Assembly: GCF_004010195.1 (NCBI RefSeq)
Contig: NC_057749.1
Span: 17,781,597-17,845,596 of the forward strand
Direction: 5' to 3'
DNA from: Chiloscyllium plagiosum
Lineage: Eukaryota
DNA length: 64,000 nt
Positions 1 through 11,554 of this stretch are shown in pieces. Below the pieces are notes generated by a model, which did no database searches, was not told the DNA's origin, and was given only the letters and a program-made list of their open reading frames with translations. A program made the translations under genes and the position numbers. Each line of letters opens with the position of its first letter. The stretch's first letter is position 1.

Positions 1-830
1 CCCTAGGACCTTACCATTAAGTGTATAAGTCCTGCTAAGATTTGCTTTCCCAAAATGCAGCACCTCGCATTTATCTGAATTAAACTCCATCTGCCATTCC
101 TCAGCCCATTGGCCCATCTGATCAAGATCCTGTTGTAATCTGAGGTAACCCTCTTTGCTGTCCAATATACCTCCAATTTTGGTATCATCTGTGAATTTAC
201 TAACTATACCTCCCAGGTTCACATATAAATGACAAAAAGTAGTGGACCCAGCACCGATCCTTGTGGCACTCCACTGGTCACAGGCCTCCAGTCTGAAAAA
301 CAACCCTCCACCACCACCCTCTGTCTTCTACCTTTGAGCCAGTTCTGTATCCAAATGGCTAGTTCTCCCTGTATTCCATGAGATCTAACCTTGCTAATCA
401 GTCTCCCATAGGGAACCTTATCAAACGCTTTACTGAAGTCCATATGGATCACATCTACTGCTCTGCCCTCATCAATCCTTGTTGTTACTTCTTCAAAAAA
501 CTCAATCAAGTTTGTGAGACATGATTTCCCAAGCACAGAGCCATGTTGACTATATCCCTAATCAGTCCTTGCCTTTCCAAATACATGAACATCCTGTCCC
601 TCAGGATTCCCTCCAACAACTCCTGACATTGGTGGTGGGCAAGTTTAGATTAGATTAATGTAATCTAATCTAATCTAATCTAAACTTGCCCACCACCAAT
701 GTCAGGCTCACTGGCTTGTCCTTACTGCCCTTCTTAAACAGTGTCATCACGTTAGCCAACCTCCAGTCTTCTGGCACCTCACCTGTGACTATCGATGATA
801 CAAATATCTCAGCAAGAGACCCAGTAATCA
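1..830 (-). mobile_element. CR1/HER1-type LINE fragment, reverse transcriptase region (decayed)
   Basis: ORF 219..536 has CR1 RT motifs [31 protein letters not shown] and [17 protein letters not shown]. It continues with frameshifts into ORF 3..188 and is interrupted by a hairpin insertion at 622-706. Confidence 0.92.
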
Positions 831-839
831 TAAACCAGG

Positions 840-1210
840 TTTATGAAACATGTCATTTAATTCCTTTGAGTTTAGAAAGTTGAGATATGATCTAATTGAG
901 GTGTATAAAATGACGAAATAATTTGACAGTAAAAACTGTATATGGCCTCTGGGAAATTCAGAATAAGGGCAGGTGGAAATATCAGGGCTGGATCAAACAG
1001 TATTGAAAATGGGAAACATTCTTAATACAAAGGATAGTGGAAATGTGAAATTCTCTAAATGCTGGAACTTCAGGACTGAGATTGATAGGTACGAGAGTGT
1101 CTAGAGCTGTTGAGATACAGTGGGGAAGTGTAGTTGATACAGAGATCAGTCAAGATCTAACTAAATTACAGAAAAATGCTCAAGGGTTGAATGGCCTCCT
1201 CCCGTTCCTA
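840..1210 (+). mobile_element. Old CR1 LINE 3' end
   Basis: Degenerate CR1 C-terminal/3'UTR pattern (...agaaagttgagatatgatctaattgaggtgtataaaat... ending ...gctcaagggttgaatggcctcctcccgttccta). Confidence 0.6.
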
Positions 1211-1459
1211 TGCAAATTAATTCTTTCCTTAAAGGTTTATATCCAGACACTGTCGGGCATACATTAGGCACAGACTTGAAATTAGATCTTAGAGACCAGG
1301 TCTTCAGATTTTCCAGTTCAAACTGAGACAGAATGCAGTCTATAAACTGATGCAGTCAAGATATTGGAAAGCACGTATTGTGGAGAAGTCCCAATATTGT
1401 CAATATTGTCAATATTGAATATAAATTCAAGATATTCAACCAGGTAATTGTTGTTGCTG

Positions 1460-2562
1460 GATTAGATACAGCTCCGTGCGAAACACTCCCAGGGCAGGGA
1501 CAGCACGAGGATGGATGCAGAGTAAAGCTCCCTCTACATTATCCCCCATCAAACACTCCCAGGGCAGGTACAGCACGAGGATGGATGCAGAGTAAAGCTC
1601 CCTCTACATTATCCCCCATCAAACACTCCCAGGGCAGGGACAGCACAGGGTTAGATACAGAGTAAAGCTTTCTCTACACTGTTCTCTACACTGTCCCCAA
1701 CAAACACTCCCAGGGACAGGGACAGCACAGGGTTAGATACAGAGTAAAGCTTTCTCTACATTGTCCCCAACAAACACTCCCAGGACAGGGACAGCACAGG
1801 GTTAGATACAGAGTAAAGCTTTCTCTACATTGTCCCCAACAAACACTCCCAGGACAGGGACAGCACAGGGTTAGATACAGAGTAAAGCTCTCTCTACACT
1901 GTCCCCAACAAACACTCCCAGGACAGGGACAGCACAGGGTTAGATACAGAGTAAAGCTTTCTCTACATTGTCCCCAACAAACACTCCCAGGACAGGGACA
2001 GCACAGGGTTAGATACAGAGTAAAGCTTTCTCTACATTGTCCCCAACAAACACTCCCAGGACAGGGACAGCACAGGGTTAGATACAGAGTAAAGCTTTCT
2101 CTACATTGTCCCCAACAAACACTCCCAGGACAGGGACAGCACAGGGTTAGATACAGAGTAAAACTCCCACGGCAGGGACAGCACGAGGATGGAGGCAGAG
2201 TAAAGCTCCCTCTACATTATCCCCCATCAAACACTCCCAGGACAGGGACAGCACAGGGTTAGATACAGAGTAAAGCTTTCTCTACATTGTCCCCAACAAA
2301 CACTCCCAGGGCAGGGACAGCACAGGGTTAGATACAGAGTAAAGCTCCCTCTACATTGTCCCCAACAAACACTCCCAGGGCAGGGACAGCACAGGGTTAG
2401 ATACAGAGTAAAGCTCTCTCTACCTGTCCCCATCAAACACTCCCAGGGACAGGGACAGCACAGGGTTAGATACAGAGTAAAGCCTCCTCTACACTGTCCC
2501 CCATCAAACACTCCCAGGACAGGGACAGTACGAGGTTAGATACAGAGTAAGGCTGCCCCTAC
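1460..2562. repeat. ~69-bp tandem satellite/minisatellite array (about 15 units)
   Basis: Unit GGGTTAGATACAGAGTAAAGCTYYCTCTACAYTGTCCCCAWCAAACACTCCCAGGACAGGGACAGCACA. The period is 69 (agagtaaagc at 1741 and 1810). Confidence 0.97.
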
Positions 2563-2744
2563 ACGGAATCTCCACCTGTTTGAAGGTATTTGTAGAGTGC
2601 ACAGATGTGAAATGAACAATCCATTCCTGCTCCGAGAAACCAGAATCCAGTGACTTTCTTCTGAACCCTCCTTTCTCAGGCTCTTTCTTACTGCTCACCA
2701 CCTCAGTCCCAAATCGCACAAACCCAACTCTCTCTCTCTCTCTT

Positions 2745-2992
2745 TTCTGATGAAATATGCTTCTTGTCTCTGCATTTTTCTTCCTTTCGATGCGTGGACC
2801 CATTTGCTTGCCACTTCCTTTTGTGTTTTACCAACTCCAGCAGAAACAGGAGCTAAGTGGGACAGACTCTTCTGATGAAATATGCTTCTTGTCTCTGCAT
2901 TTTCTTCCTTCGATGCGTGGACCCATTTGCTTGCCACTTCCTTTTGTGTTTTACCAACTCCAGCAGAAACAGGAGCTAAGTGGGACAGACTC
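2745..2992. repeat. Local tandem duplication, ~125 bp x2
   Basis: ttctgatgaaatatgc...gggacagactc begins at 2745 and again at 2870; the copies differ only by small T-run indels. Confidence 0.95.
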
Positions 2993-3326
2993 AACCTATT
3001 GATCTCCCACTGTTTGCTGCATTTCAGCTTTATCCTGCTGTGAATTGTAATAGTTAGGACTGCAATTTGGAACAGAGTGGGGAAACTGAGTGCTGACATT
3101 CTGTGGGCTCTCTGTTTGACACGAAAATCACTTTCCATTTTAGCATTTCCTGAACGAATGGAACAGTCCTTTTGCTGAATAAATCTTTTGAATTCTTTGA
3201 TGTTACTGACTGGAACACGACCTGATTATTGTCAGAGGACTCTTTGTAAAAAGGGATCTGATGCCTCATCAGGTTGTGAGCACGACTTCTTTTAGCCAAT
3301 CAAAGACTTTTGTTTTTTCTAAACTT

Positions 3327-3493
3327 GATGTGGAGGGGCTGGTGTTAGACTGGGGTGTACAAAGTTAAAAATCACACAACACCAGGTTATAGTCCAACAG
3401 GTTTATTTAAAACCACAAGCTTTCAGAGCAACGAATATTGTGGTGTTAAATCAACCTGTTGGATGAAAGCCTGGTGTCATGTGATTTCCAACT
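3327..3493. mobile_element. Short PLE-terminus (family B) insertion with internal inversion
   Basis: Matches the terminus at 6845-6945 (gttggactgg..ggacaaagttaaaaatcacacaacaccaggttatagtccaacaggttta) followed by an inverted partial copy. It is flanked by direct repeats of ttttctaaacttg. Confidence 0.7.
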
Positions 3494-3571
3494 TTTTCTA
3501 AACTTGGTTTTCTAAACTTGATCTGCTCATATGCAGATCAAAGATCCATGCAAACTTTGGGATTAAAAAGG

Positions 3572-4635
3572 TTAGAGAGTGGTGAACTCGGCCCGGACAA
3601 TCACAAAGGCCAACCTCCCATCTATAGAATCCATCTACCAGGCCCGCTGTCAGGGAAGGGCCACAGGCATTCTCAAAGATCCATCCCTCTGGGTTAGAGT
3701 GGTGCTGGAAAAGCACAGCAGTTCAGGCAGCATCCGAGGAGCAGGAAAATCGACGGGAATAGAGGCAAAGTGCCGCAGGGTGGAGAGATAAATGAGAGGA
3801 GGGCAGTGCTGAGCTGGAAGTTTGGAACTAGGGTGAGGTGGGGGAAGGGGAAATGAGGAAACTGGTGAAGTCCACATTTGAAATGTTCCGAGGCTGAAGA
3901 TGAGGCGTTCTTCCTCCAGGCGTCGGGTGGTGAGGGAGCGGTGGTGAAGGAGGCCCTTAAGGTCGGGGTGGACTGTGTTGGTGAAGTTGATGAATTGCTC
4001 AACCTCCTCGCAAGAGCACAAGGTGGCGCCAATGCAGCCATCAATGTAGCGGAGGAAGAGGTGGGGAGTGGTGCCGGTGTAACTACGGAAGATCGACTGT
4101 TCTACGTAGCCAACAAAGAGACAGGCATAGCTGGGCCCATACAGGTGCCCATGGCTACCCCTTTGGTCTGGAGGAAGTGGGAGGATTCGAAGGTTGAGGG
4201 TGAGGACCAGTTCAGCCAACCGAATGAGTGTGTCAGTGGAAAGGTACTGTTGGGGACGTCGGGAGAGAAGAAACGGAGGGCTTGGAGGCTCTGGTCATGG
4301 CGGATGGAGGTGTAGGGGGATTGGATATCCATGGTGAGATCCATCCCACCTTGGCAATGTTTTTCTACAACCGCTACCATCGGGGAGAAGGTACAGAAGC
4401 CTGAACACACGCACCAGCCGGTTTGAAACAATTTCTACCCTACTGTTGTTAGAATACTGAATGGCCTCACAAACTCTTACCATTCGCCTGTACCTGTGTT
4501 TTTGTTTTTGCCGCTGTTTCCCTATTATTTACTATCTCTGCTACCTGACCCTGTGATCCGTCTGTAATGCTCGCAAGTCAAAGCTTTTCACTGTGACTCA
4601 GTGCACGTGACAATAAATTCAACTCAAGTCAATTT
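3572..4635 (+). mobile_element. Rex1/Babar-like LINE 3' fragment, split by a PLE insertion
   Basis: RVVNSARTITKANLPSIESIYQARCQGRATGILKDPS continues after 4347 as HLGNVFLQPLPSGRRYRSLNTRTSRF. The 3' end has aataaa and a short-repeat tail near 4612-4635. Confidence 0.8.
3688..4336 (-). mobile_element. Internally deleted Penelope-like element (family A, Neptune-like)
   Basis: PLE RT motifs MDIQSPYTSI, QTKGVAMGT..GPSYACLFVGYVEQ and FLRYIDG are joined to the GIY-YIG C-terminus RRLEEERLIF. An 11-bp TSD agatccatccc lies at 3677-3687 and 4337-4347. Confidence 0.9.
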
Positions 4636-5536
4636 CAACATGGAAAGGAAAATCAGGAATGTTGGAATGTTACAAAACTCTTTACAGTCATTTTTTCAAA
4701 GTGTGGTCATTGTTGTAATGTTGGAAGATCCTTAAGTGCACAGCAGGATCCCACAAGCATCAATGTGATCAAGCTGCATCTCGGAGTGTAACACTCACTC
4801 AGCACCACCCTGGCAAACTGACACACAGTCTCTGGAGGTGGGCCAGGACCCCTCAAAGGGTCACTCATGCCAATTTGGAAGCCTTGCACAGAAAGCTGTG
4901 AGATTCAGTATTCAAATAAACGTTTCCAATATTGAAAGTGATAGGATTTTTGCTTGGCAAGTGAATTGAGGGAAGTAAACCCAAGGCAGGGAAATGGAAG
5001 CAAGGTAGAGTTTGGTGTGGGGTGGGATCGGTAGCATGGGTAGGGTATGTGCAGTGGGTACAATTCCAGGGTATCATGGTTGGGAAATTGTGAATAGAGG
5101 TATGGATGGAAGGTGTGGCTGGGTGTTGTTGGCTGAGGAAGGTGGGGGTGGCGATGTGAGCTGAAACTGTCAGGGTGGGGAGGGGTCTAGCTGCTGGTTC
5201 TGGGGCATGGGGGGGGGGTGTTGTCACGGGCATAGCTGGTAGGGATTAAAGGGTCAAGAAAGGTTGGGGGAGGTGTGGTTGGCAGAGTCAGTGGTGGGTT
5301 GTGGTCAGTAAATTGTTTCACCAGTGTATTGCCGGCCATCACCAGGAGTAGGAGCACTGTCTGATTGTCTCCCTCCTTGTCTGCATTGCTCATATCCTGA
5401 ACCTCCTGGAGTCTCTGGCTCTGCAGTGGAATAGCTGCAGGGTCCTGATGTGAAACTATGCTGCTCCAGGCTCTCTCTGGGTATCAGGATATTTGAATGC
5501 AAGTCATTCTCCAACCGTTAGGCCTTGATCCTTCCA

Positions 5537-5913
5537 ACATTTCCACTCTCCCTCCCACTCTGCCGAGGACATGGAGGTCCTGGTCCTCCTTCACCGCCGC
5601 TCCCTCACCACCAGACGCCTGGAGGAAGAACGCCTCATCTTCCACCTCAGAACACTTCAACCCCAGGGCATCAATGTGGACTTCAACAGTTTCCTCATTT
5701 CCCCTTCCCCCACCTCACCCTAGTTCCAAACTTCCAGCTCAGCACTGTCCCCATGACTTGACGCTCCAGGCTCACTGCCTTTATTCCTGATGAAGGGCTT
5801 TTGCCCGAAACGTCGATTTCGAAGCTCCTCGGATGCTGCCTGAACTGCTGTGCTCTTCCAGCACCACTAATCCAGAATCTGGTTTCCAGCATCTGCACTC
5901 ATTGTTTTTACCT
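5537..5913 (+). mobile_element. 5'-truncated Penelope-like element (family A) 3' end
   Basis: Encodes VLGLLHRRSLTTRRLEEERLIFHLRTLQPQGINVDFNSF-like GIY-YIG tail followed by the family A terminus. A 14-bp TSD ccttgatccttcca lies at 5523-5536 and 5914-5927. Confidence 0.9.
5785..5816 (+). ncRNA. Minimal type I hammerhead ribozyme motif (PLE family A)
   Basis: tc-CTGATGA-A-GGGC-tttt-GCCC-GAAA-C-GTC-ga: intact core, 4-bp stem II, palindromic ACGT helix III, and only a 2-bp helix I. Confidence 0.7.
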
Positions 5914-5992
5914 CCTTGATCCTTCCACGACTTGTACAGAGCACTTTGGTTCTGAGTCCACGTGGGTTAAAACCCTGTCACAGCTGTCAGCT

Positions 5993-6132
5993 AGAGTAAA
6001 ATAAAAACTGCAGATGCTGGAATCCACAGTAGACAGGCAGGAGGCTGGAAGAACACAACATTCCAGGCAGCATCAGGAGGTGGTGAAGATGATGCCTCAG
6101 GTGTAACCCTTCTTCAGGACTGTCTTCTTCAG
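5993..6132 (-). mobile_element. Short PLE terminus fragment (family A-related)
   Basis: aaaaactgcagatgctggaatc...cagcatcaggagg...cccttcttcaggac with a degenerate hammerhead core. Flanked by an agctgtcagct direct repeat (5982-5992, 6133-6143). Confidence 0.7.
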
Positions 6133-6844
6133 AGCTGTCAGCTCAGCAGGATCACCACAAGAGACCTGCTGCAGAGAAGCAGACTGTGAGAATCACTGGC
6201 TTGGAACAGAAATCAACTCAAGAAAATTAACTTTGGGAGCAGAGAGCTGATGAGGGACATGGAGAAATAGAATTATCGCAGCAATGATCACTTCTAAAAA
6301 GTGTAATTAAGAGAATTCAGTGAGTGTGCAGACAGAGATTAAACACTTTAGGACTGGAGGCAGTGGCGCATTGATCCATGAAGTGCATTCCAGGACTTTC
6401 AGAAACAATGGGACTCTCTCTGTCGAATGTACCGTAATTCAATTAACAGTAAATGGGAATATTAGTTTATTCAGTTACATGGTGAGTGAATTAGGAGATT
6501 GGAACTATTATATCACAGTTTTCTTCTGACTAAGTTAAGTGAGATCCGTTCTATTTACATTTAGAAACTGGAATATATTTCAGAAATTTTCAATCTTGAA
6601 CGTTTCTGGCATAGTAATCAACACAAACTCAGCTGGAATAAAAATGAAGGAAAGTGGTGTTGCTGGAATTCTAAACAGAGAGCTTTATTTTTATGGCTGA
6701 TTTAAGGTCAGTTTCTTAACAAAGCACCAAGGTCTGTTCATGAAGACAGAATACTGAGAGTAATCCATGGTCAGAATAGGATGTGGCTGAGGTCAGGAAC
6801 AGAATCCAACACTTCCATACCATCCCCATCTAACACGGGATATG

Positions 6845-7452
6845 ATGTAGAGGAGCCAGTGTTGGACTGGCGTGGACAAAGTTAAAAATCACACAACACC
6901 AGGTTATAGTCCAACAGGTTTATTTGGAAGCACTAGCTTTCGGAGCACTGCTCCTTCATCAGGTGGTTGTGGAGCATGAGATCATAAGACACAGAATTTA
7001 TCACAAAGGGTTACAATGTCATGCAGCTGAAATGATATATTGAACAAACCTAAGATTGTTAAATCTTTCATCTTTTCGAATGGGTTTGCTGGTTTCAGTT
7101 CATTAATATGGCAATCCCAGAACTTCTTTAAGTCACATTCTCGAGATAAGGTAAGGTTTTATAACAAAAGGTAACATCTCAGGAGGTGTATGTATATGCG
7201 TATGAGGTAGAGCTTGTGTGTGCGAGAGGGTGTGCGTGAGTATGTAAGAGTATGTGTGTGTTTGTGTGAGAGAGTGTATAGTGTAGTGGAGATATCACAC
7301 TTGTAGTGTGATATGAACCCAAGGTCCCTGTTGAGTCTATTCCCATGGGTACCGAATTTGACTATCAGCCTCTCCTCGGCCACTTTGTGTTGTTGGATTC
7401 GGACTCGGATCTTCGAGTGACCATCCTCCAAGGGGGACTTTGGGACAGGCAG
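6845..7452 (-). mobile_element. Penelope-like element (family B) 3' end with 5' inversion
   Basis: The minus strand encodes QQHKVAEERLIVKFGTHGNRLNRDLGFISHYK (GIY-YIG C-terminus). The preceding segment SDLRVTILQGGLWDRQ lies on the plus strand at ~7400-7452. A (GT)n-rich UTR and a terminus with a hammerhead motif follow. Confidence 0.85.
6931..6965 (-). ncRNA. Minimal type I hammerhead ribozyme motif (PLE family B)
   Basis: Minus strand CAC-CTGATGA-A-GGAGC-agt-GCTCC-GAAA-G-CTA-GTG: perfect helix I (CAC/GTG), perfect 5-bp helix II, palindromic AGCT helix III, CUA cleavage triplet. Confidence 0.85.
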
Positions 7453-7680
7453 AACCTCTTTATCTCAGTCTTAGATACACTCAGTGATAACCTTTGTTGT
7501 TTGTCGATAGTTGCAGTCTGTCAGTATTCTGTCTAACAGGGCTGTAATCCTCCTGTTCACCTTTCCTGCCTACTTCAGGGTTTTGTGTCTAACATAGGCT
7601 CAGGCTACAGCTTGTGGATTGTGCATTGCTGGGTATTTTGTAGTCTGGATCCACCCGCAGTAGGGACTAGATGGAGACCA

Positions 7681-7764
7681 AAGCTGAAACTTTATTGCTG
7701 GAACAGCACAGCAGGTCAGGCAGCATCTAGGGAACAGAAGATTCGACGTTTCGGGCACATGCCC
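7681..7764 (-). mobile_element. Tiny PLE family A terminus fragment
   Basis: gctggaacagcacagcaggtcaggcagcatc...ttcgacgtttcgggc, flanked by gatggagacca (7670-7680, 7765-7775). Confidence 0.75.
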
Positions 7765-9602
7765 GATGGAGACCAGCTGAACAAACTCAAAATTAAACAT
7801 TACAGGCACTGGCAATGGCAGTATTGAAGAGGTCAGTCCGGGCCAGACTGAGAACCAAGCCAAAGAGATGGACAGTCCATGAGGAAGTCATGGAACTATG
7901 CAGTGTCTGAGGTGTGTGATCTTGTGTTTGTCTATAGTCTGGAAGTTTTTGCTTTCTCTGATCAATGATTGAACTGTTGATATAGCACCTTGTATATCAG
8001 AAGTTAATTCTGAAATTGGCTCCCTCACGCTGAGAGATATTAGAATGTGTTCACACCAAAATCTTCAACACATTTGAGATAGAACTAAATCTCAAACTCC
8101 CTTAGTCCCTGCCCCACTTTCAAAAACGTATTGACCTCATTTACATCATTGTATGTCAAACTGACGGATGGCACAATTACTCAGCAAACATCAAAGGTGT
8201 GAAATGAAAATCTCTCTCACTGAAGGCTATTTCATCATCGGGTGCTGTTGGTTTATGTAAATTAATTCCAAATTAAGATGAATTAATAGCGCTGCCTGAA
8301 ATAACATTGCCAGTTTCGATCTATCATTCCATCATTAATGTTAAGGCAAGCTGTTGACCATTCACACATGGGATTACAGAGCACTCTGTGATACCTTTCA
8401 GACATCTCAGTGTTCTGGGGTTTCTGTGGGGTGTCCAAGACCCTTCCCTGGATTCATCGAAGAGTTTAGTAAACCCAGCAAGCAGGATATTGCGAACATT
8501 TCCTGTCACACCATTAATCATTCCCTTGCAGATTTCCTCTCTGAGCAATTTTAGATTAATGATTAATGCAAAAAATGTGTTTATGATGCTAATTTTGCCA
8601 ATTCCTGCTGATTTATTACCCCGACACCAGGCAGAGGGATTGCAACAAACAAAGCGTTACAAAATATCGGGATTCAGTGAATGAGCTTTGGGACAGAGTA
8701 TACCATTCAGTCTTGATGAATACCAATTTAATCGTCCTGATGAAATTGGCCTCAGGACAGCCTATTATTACTCTCACTGCCCATACCCCATGCTCTCTAT
8801 ATCTTGCTTCTCTACCCCTCTGTGATATAAGTTTTCCCTCACATCTGCTCTCTCGCTGATTTTCCCTCTCTCCTTCTACTTCCTCCATTTCAGAAGCATG
8901 CGGTACACTAATTCACTGTACACAGATATTCCAGGCAGAGCAATGCATGATATCAGTAATGCAGTTATGTAGAGTATTGCTGACACACAGGAACTCAGGA
9001 ATGTGGAATCAGCAAACCGAACTTGTCGCAGGTGTGAGCGTGGATGACAAGACGACACAGATTTTAATTTAGCATTTCAGCATTCTATTCAGCAGGTTAA
9101 AGTTGAATCGCTATCCACAGATGTAGCCTGTTGAAGGTCAAGCTAACACAGAGAAAACAAATGCTTGGGATGTAAATAAACAACGGAAAACCTCAGCAGA
9201 TCAAACAGCAGCTGTACCAGGAGGAGCAGAGCTCACCTTGCAGTCCCTCTGACCTTGCACCTAAGCTGTCCTGCTCTGAAGATTCCAGCTTGCTGAGCTG
9301 CTCAGTCTAGACCTGCTGTTGGTTAAAGTTGCCACAGTCTTAGCAGGACAGGGACAGAGACATGCCAGGTAATGATTTAACCTGAGGGTCACCGTGCCTC
9401 AGGCATACGGAGAGGATGAGAAGGAGAGCCCTTCATGGTAACCTCAGCCCTGTGAGGGAATTGATGTTAGCATCACGCTGTGTCTCCAACCTTGCCATCC
9501 AACCAACCGAGCTCAGTGTCAGGTCACAGGCTGACGTCTGCACAAGCACTCAATGTATTGGAGTGTTCTATTCATCGGTTTTCTGGAAACGGGTTTGACT
9601 TT

Positions 9603-9674
9603 CACACACACACACAGGCAAACATAGACACAGACAGGCAAACATAGACACACACACACGCACAGACAGGCAAA
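9603..9674. repeat. (CA)-rich microsatellite abutting an assembly gap
   Basis: cacacacaca...gacacagacaggcaaacatagaca repeats. Confidence 0.9.
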
Positions 9675-10264
9675 NNNNNNNNNNNNNNNNNNNNNNNNNN
9701 NNNNNNNNNNNNNNNNNNNNNNNNNNNNNNNNNNNNNNNNNNNNNNNNNNNNNNNNNNNNNNNNNNNNNNNNNNNNNNNNNNNNNNNNNNNNNNNNNNNN
9801 NNNNNNNNNNNNNNNNNNNNNNNNNNNNNNNNNNNNNNNNNNNNNNNNNNNNNNNNNNNNNNNNNNNNNNNNNNNNNNNNNNNNNNNNNNNNNNNNNNNN
9901 NNNNNNNNNNNNNNNNNNNNNNNNNNNNNNNNNNNNNNNNNNNNNNNNNNNNNNNNNNNNNNNNNNNNNNNNNNNNNNNNNNNNNNNNNNNNNNNNNNNN
10001 NNNNNNNNNNNNNNNNNNNNNNNNNNNNNNNNNNNNNNNNNNNNNNNNNNNNNNNNNNNNNNNNNNNNNNNNNNNNNNNNNNNNNNNNNNNNNNNNNNNN
10101 NNNNNNNNNNNNNNNNNNNNNNNNNNNNNNNNNNNNNNNNNNNNNNNNNNNNNNNNNNNNNNNNNNNNNNNNNNAATCAAGGTGATTATTGGGGACCTAT
10201 AGTACAGTTCCATCGTGGTGATTATTGGGGGAGGGGAGGGGGCAATAACAGAATCTCATCAAGG

Positions 10265-10455
10265 TGATTATCCCTTTCTTATTTCTAATTTCCACCCATA
10301 TATTTTCATTGGATGATCCCGCAGAAATATCATGCCTAATGACTGTTGTAATGTTTTCCTTAATCTCCACTCACCCTCCTCTCTTGCCTTCTTTCTATCC
10401 TTCCTATATTGTCTAAAACTCAGAACGTTCAGCTGCCAGTCCTGTCCTTTTTGAA
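10265..10455 (-). mobile_element. CR1 LINE endonuclease-region fragment
   Basis: GQDWQLNVLSFRQYRKDRKK...IYGWKLEIRKG resembles the CR1 APE domain. Confidence 0.6.
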
Positions 10456-11119
10456 AGGTTGTTCTTCGTGGTGGTGAGCTGCTTGATGTGGTTTGGTTTG
10501 TGATTTCTATAGCTCTCCCCCACCCGCTGTCTGGGACACGGTGCCCTTTCCCCAGCCCTGACTGATGGAAATCCTTGTGTTGTGGCACAGAGCCTCAACT
10601 GGAGGGCGACATTTAAAAACGGAATCCTGCTCTTTCAGCCTGAATTAATGCCATGTTTAGGCTTTGCCTTTTTGTCTGAGTCACCTCTGACTTTCGCTTA
10701 TGCCACTCTCACTGTCTGACCCCTCACCAGCTCACTGGAACTCTGACTCACTCCCTAAGAGCCCCACCTCACGATGCAATCTATCACTGTGCCTCGAACA
10801 GCAAGTTCCATCCGAACCTCTGTATCTTCTGTCTGTTTGGAAATATTTTCCATGACCTTCTCTGAAGAATCTGTCTGTGTTGAGTGTTGTGGGCTTAGAT
10901 GTTTCTCTTGAAGTCTTTGGGGTCACCAGTATGATTTCTCCCCCTGGTGTTTCCTGAAGCCATGAATTCTAACTCCTCACAGGTGGCACTATCTAGAAAT
11001 AGTGCTGCTTTCTGGTGTCCACTCTGTGTCAGGGGTCACTGATGCCACTATGTTGTATTTGGGTTCCAATGGACAGAAGCAATGGGTGGGCTACCTGACA
11101 GAAATTGTCTTCGAACTAT

Positions 11120-11545
11120 GAACACACAAACAAGTATGTGAAGGCTATTCAGCCCCTTGAACCTATTCCACCATCGAGGCAGCATAACATCGAGGGCTGA
11201 AGGACCTCTACTGTGCTGTACTGTTCTATGTTCAATAAGATTGTAGTTGGTTTATTGACTCTGCATTCACTTTGACCACTTTCACCTGTCATCTTTGCTT
11301 ACTTCTGCCTTAAAAATATTCAAGGATTCTCCCTTTTCAGGAAGATAATTCCAAAGACTCATGGCCCACTGAGATAAAATAAAGTTCCTCCTCTCTGTCT
11401 TCAACAGGCAATCCCTAAATTGTGATTAGTTCCCCTTAGTTCCCACCAGAGGAACAATTGCTTCCACATCCACCTGGTCAGGACTCCTCAGGACCAAGAC
11501 ATTTGATCAAATCACCTCTTAGCCTTCAATACTCCTTTGGTTGCA
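11120..11545 (-). mobile_element. Old CR1 3' end(s)
   Basis: Reverse CR1 tail (gaaggctattcagccccttgaacct..., gaattccaaagactc...), with a nested plus-strand tail gggctgaaggacctctactgtgctgtactgttctatgttc. Confidence 0.55.
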
Positions 11546-11554
11546 AGCTCAGCC

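Noticed and set aside
1460..2562. Cys-rich repetitive ORFs (LCCPCPGSV) resembling keratin-associated or metallothionein-like proteins
   Set aside because: These are translations of the 69-bp satellite, with indels between units.
9602..10213. 203-aa ORF, and the ORFs spanning 23158-24184
   Set aside because: Their length comes from runs of N; only the flanking RT/RNase H residues are real.
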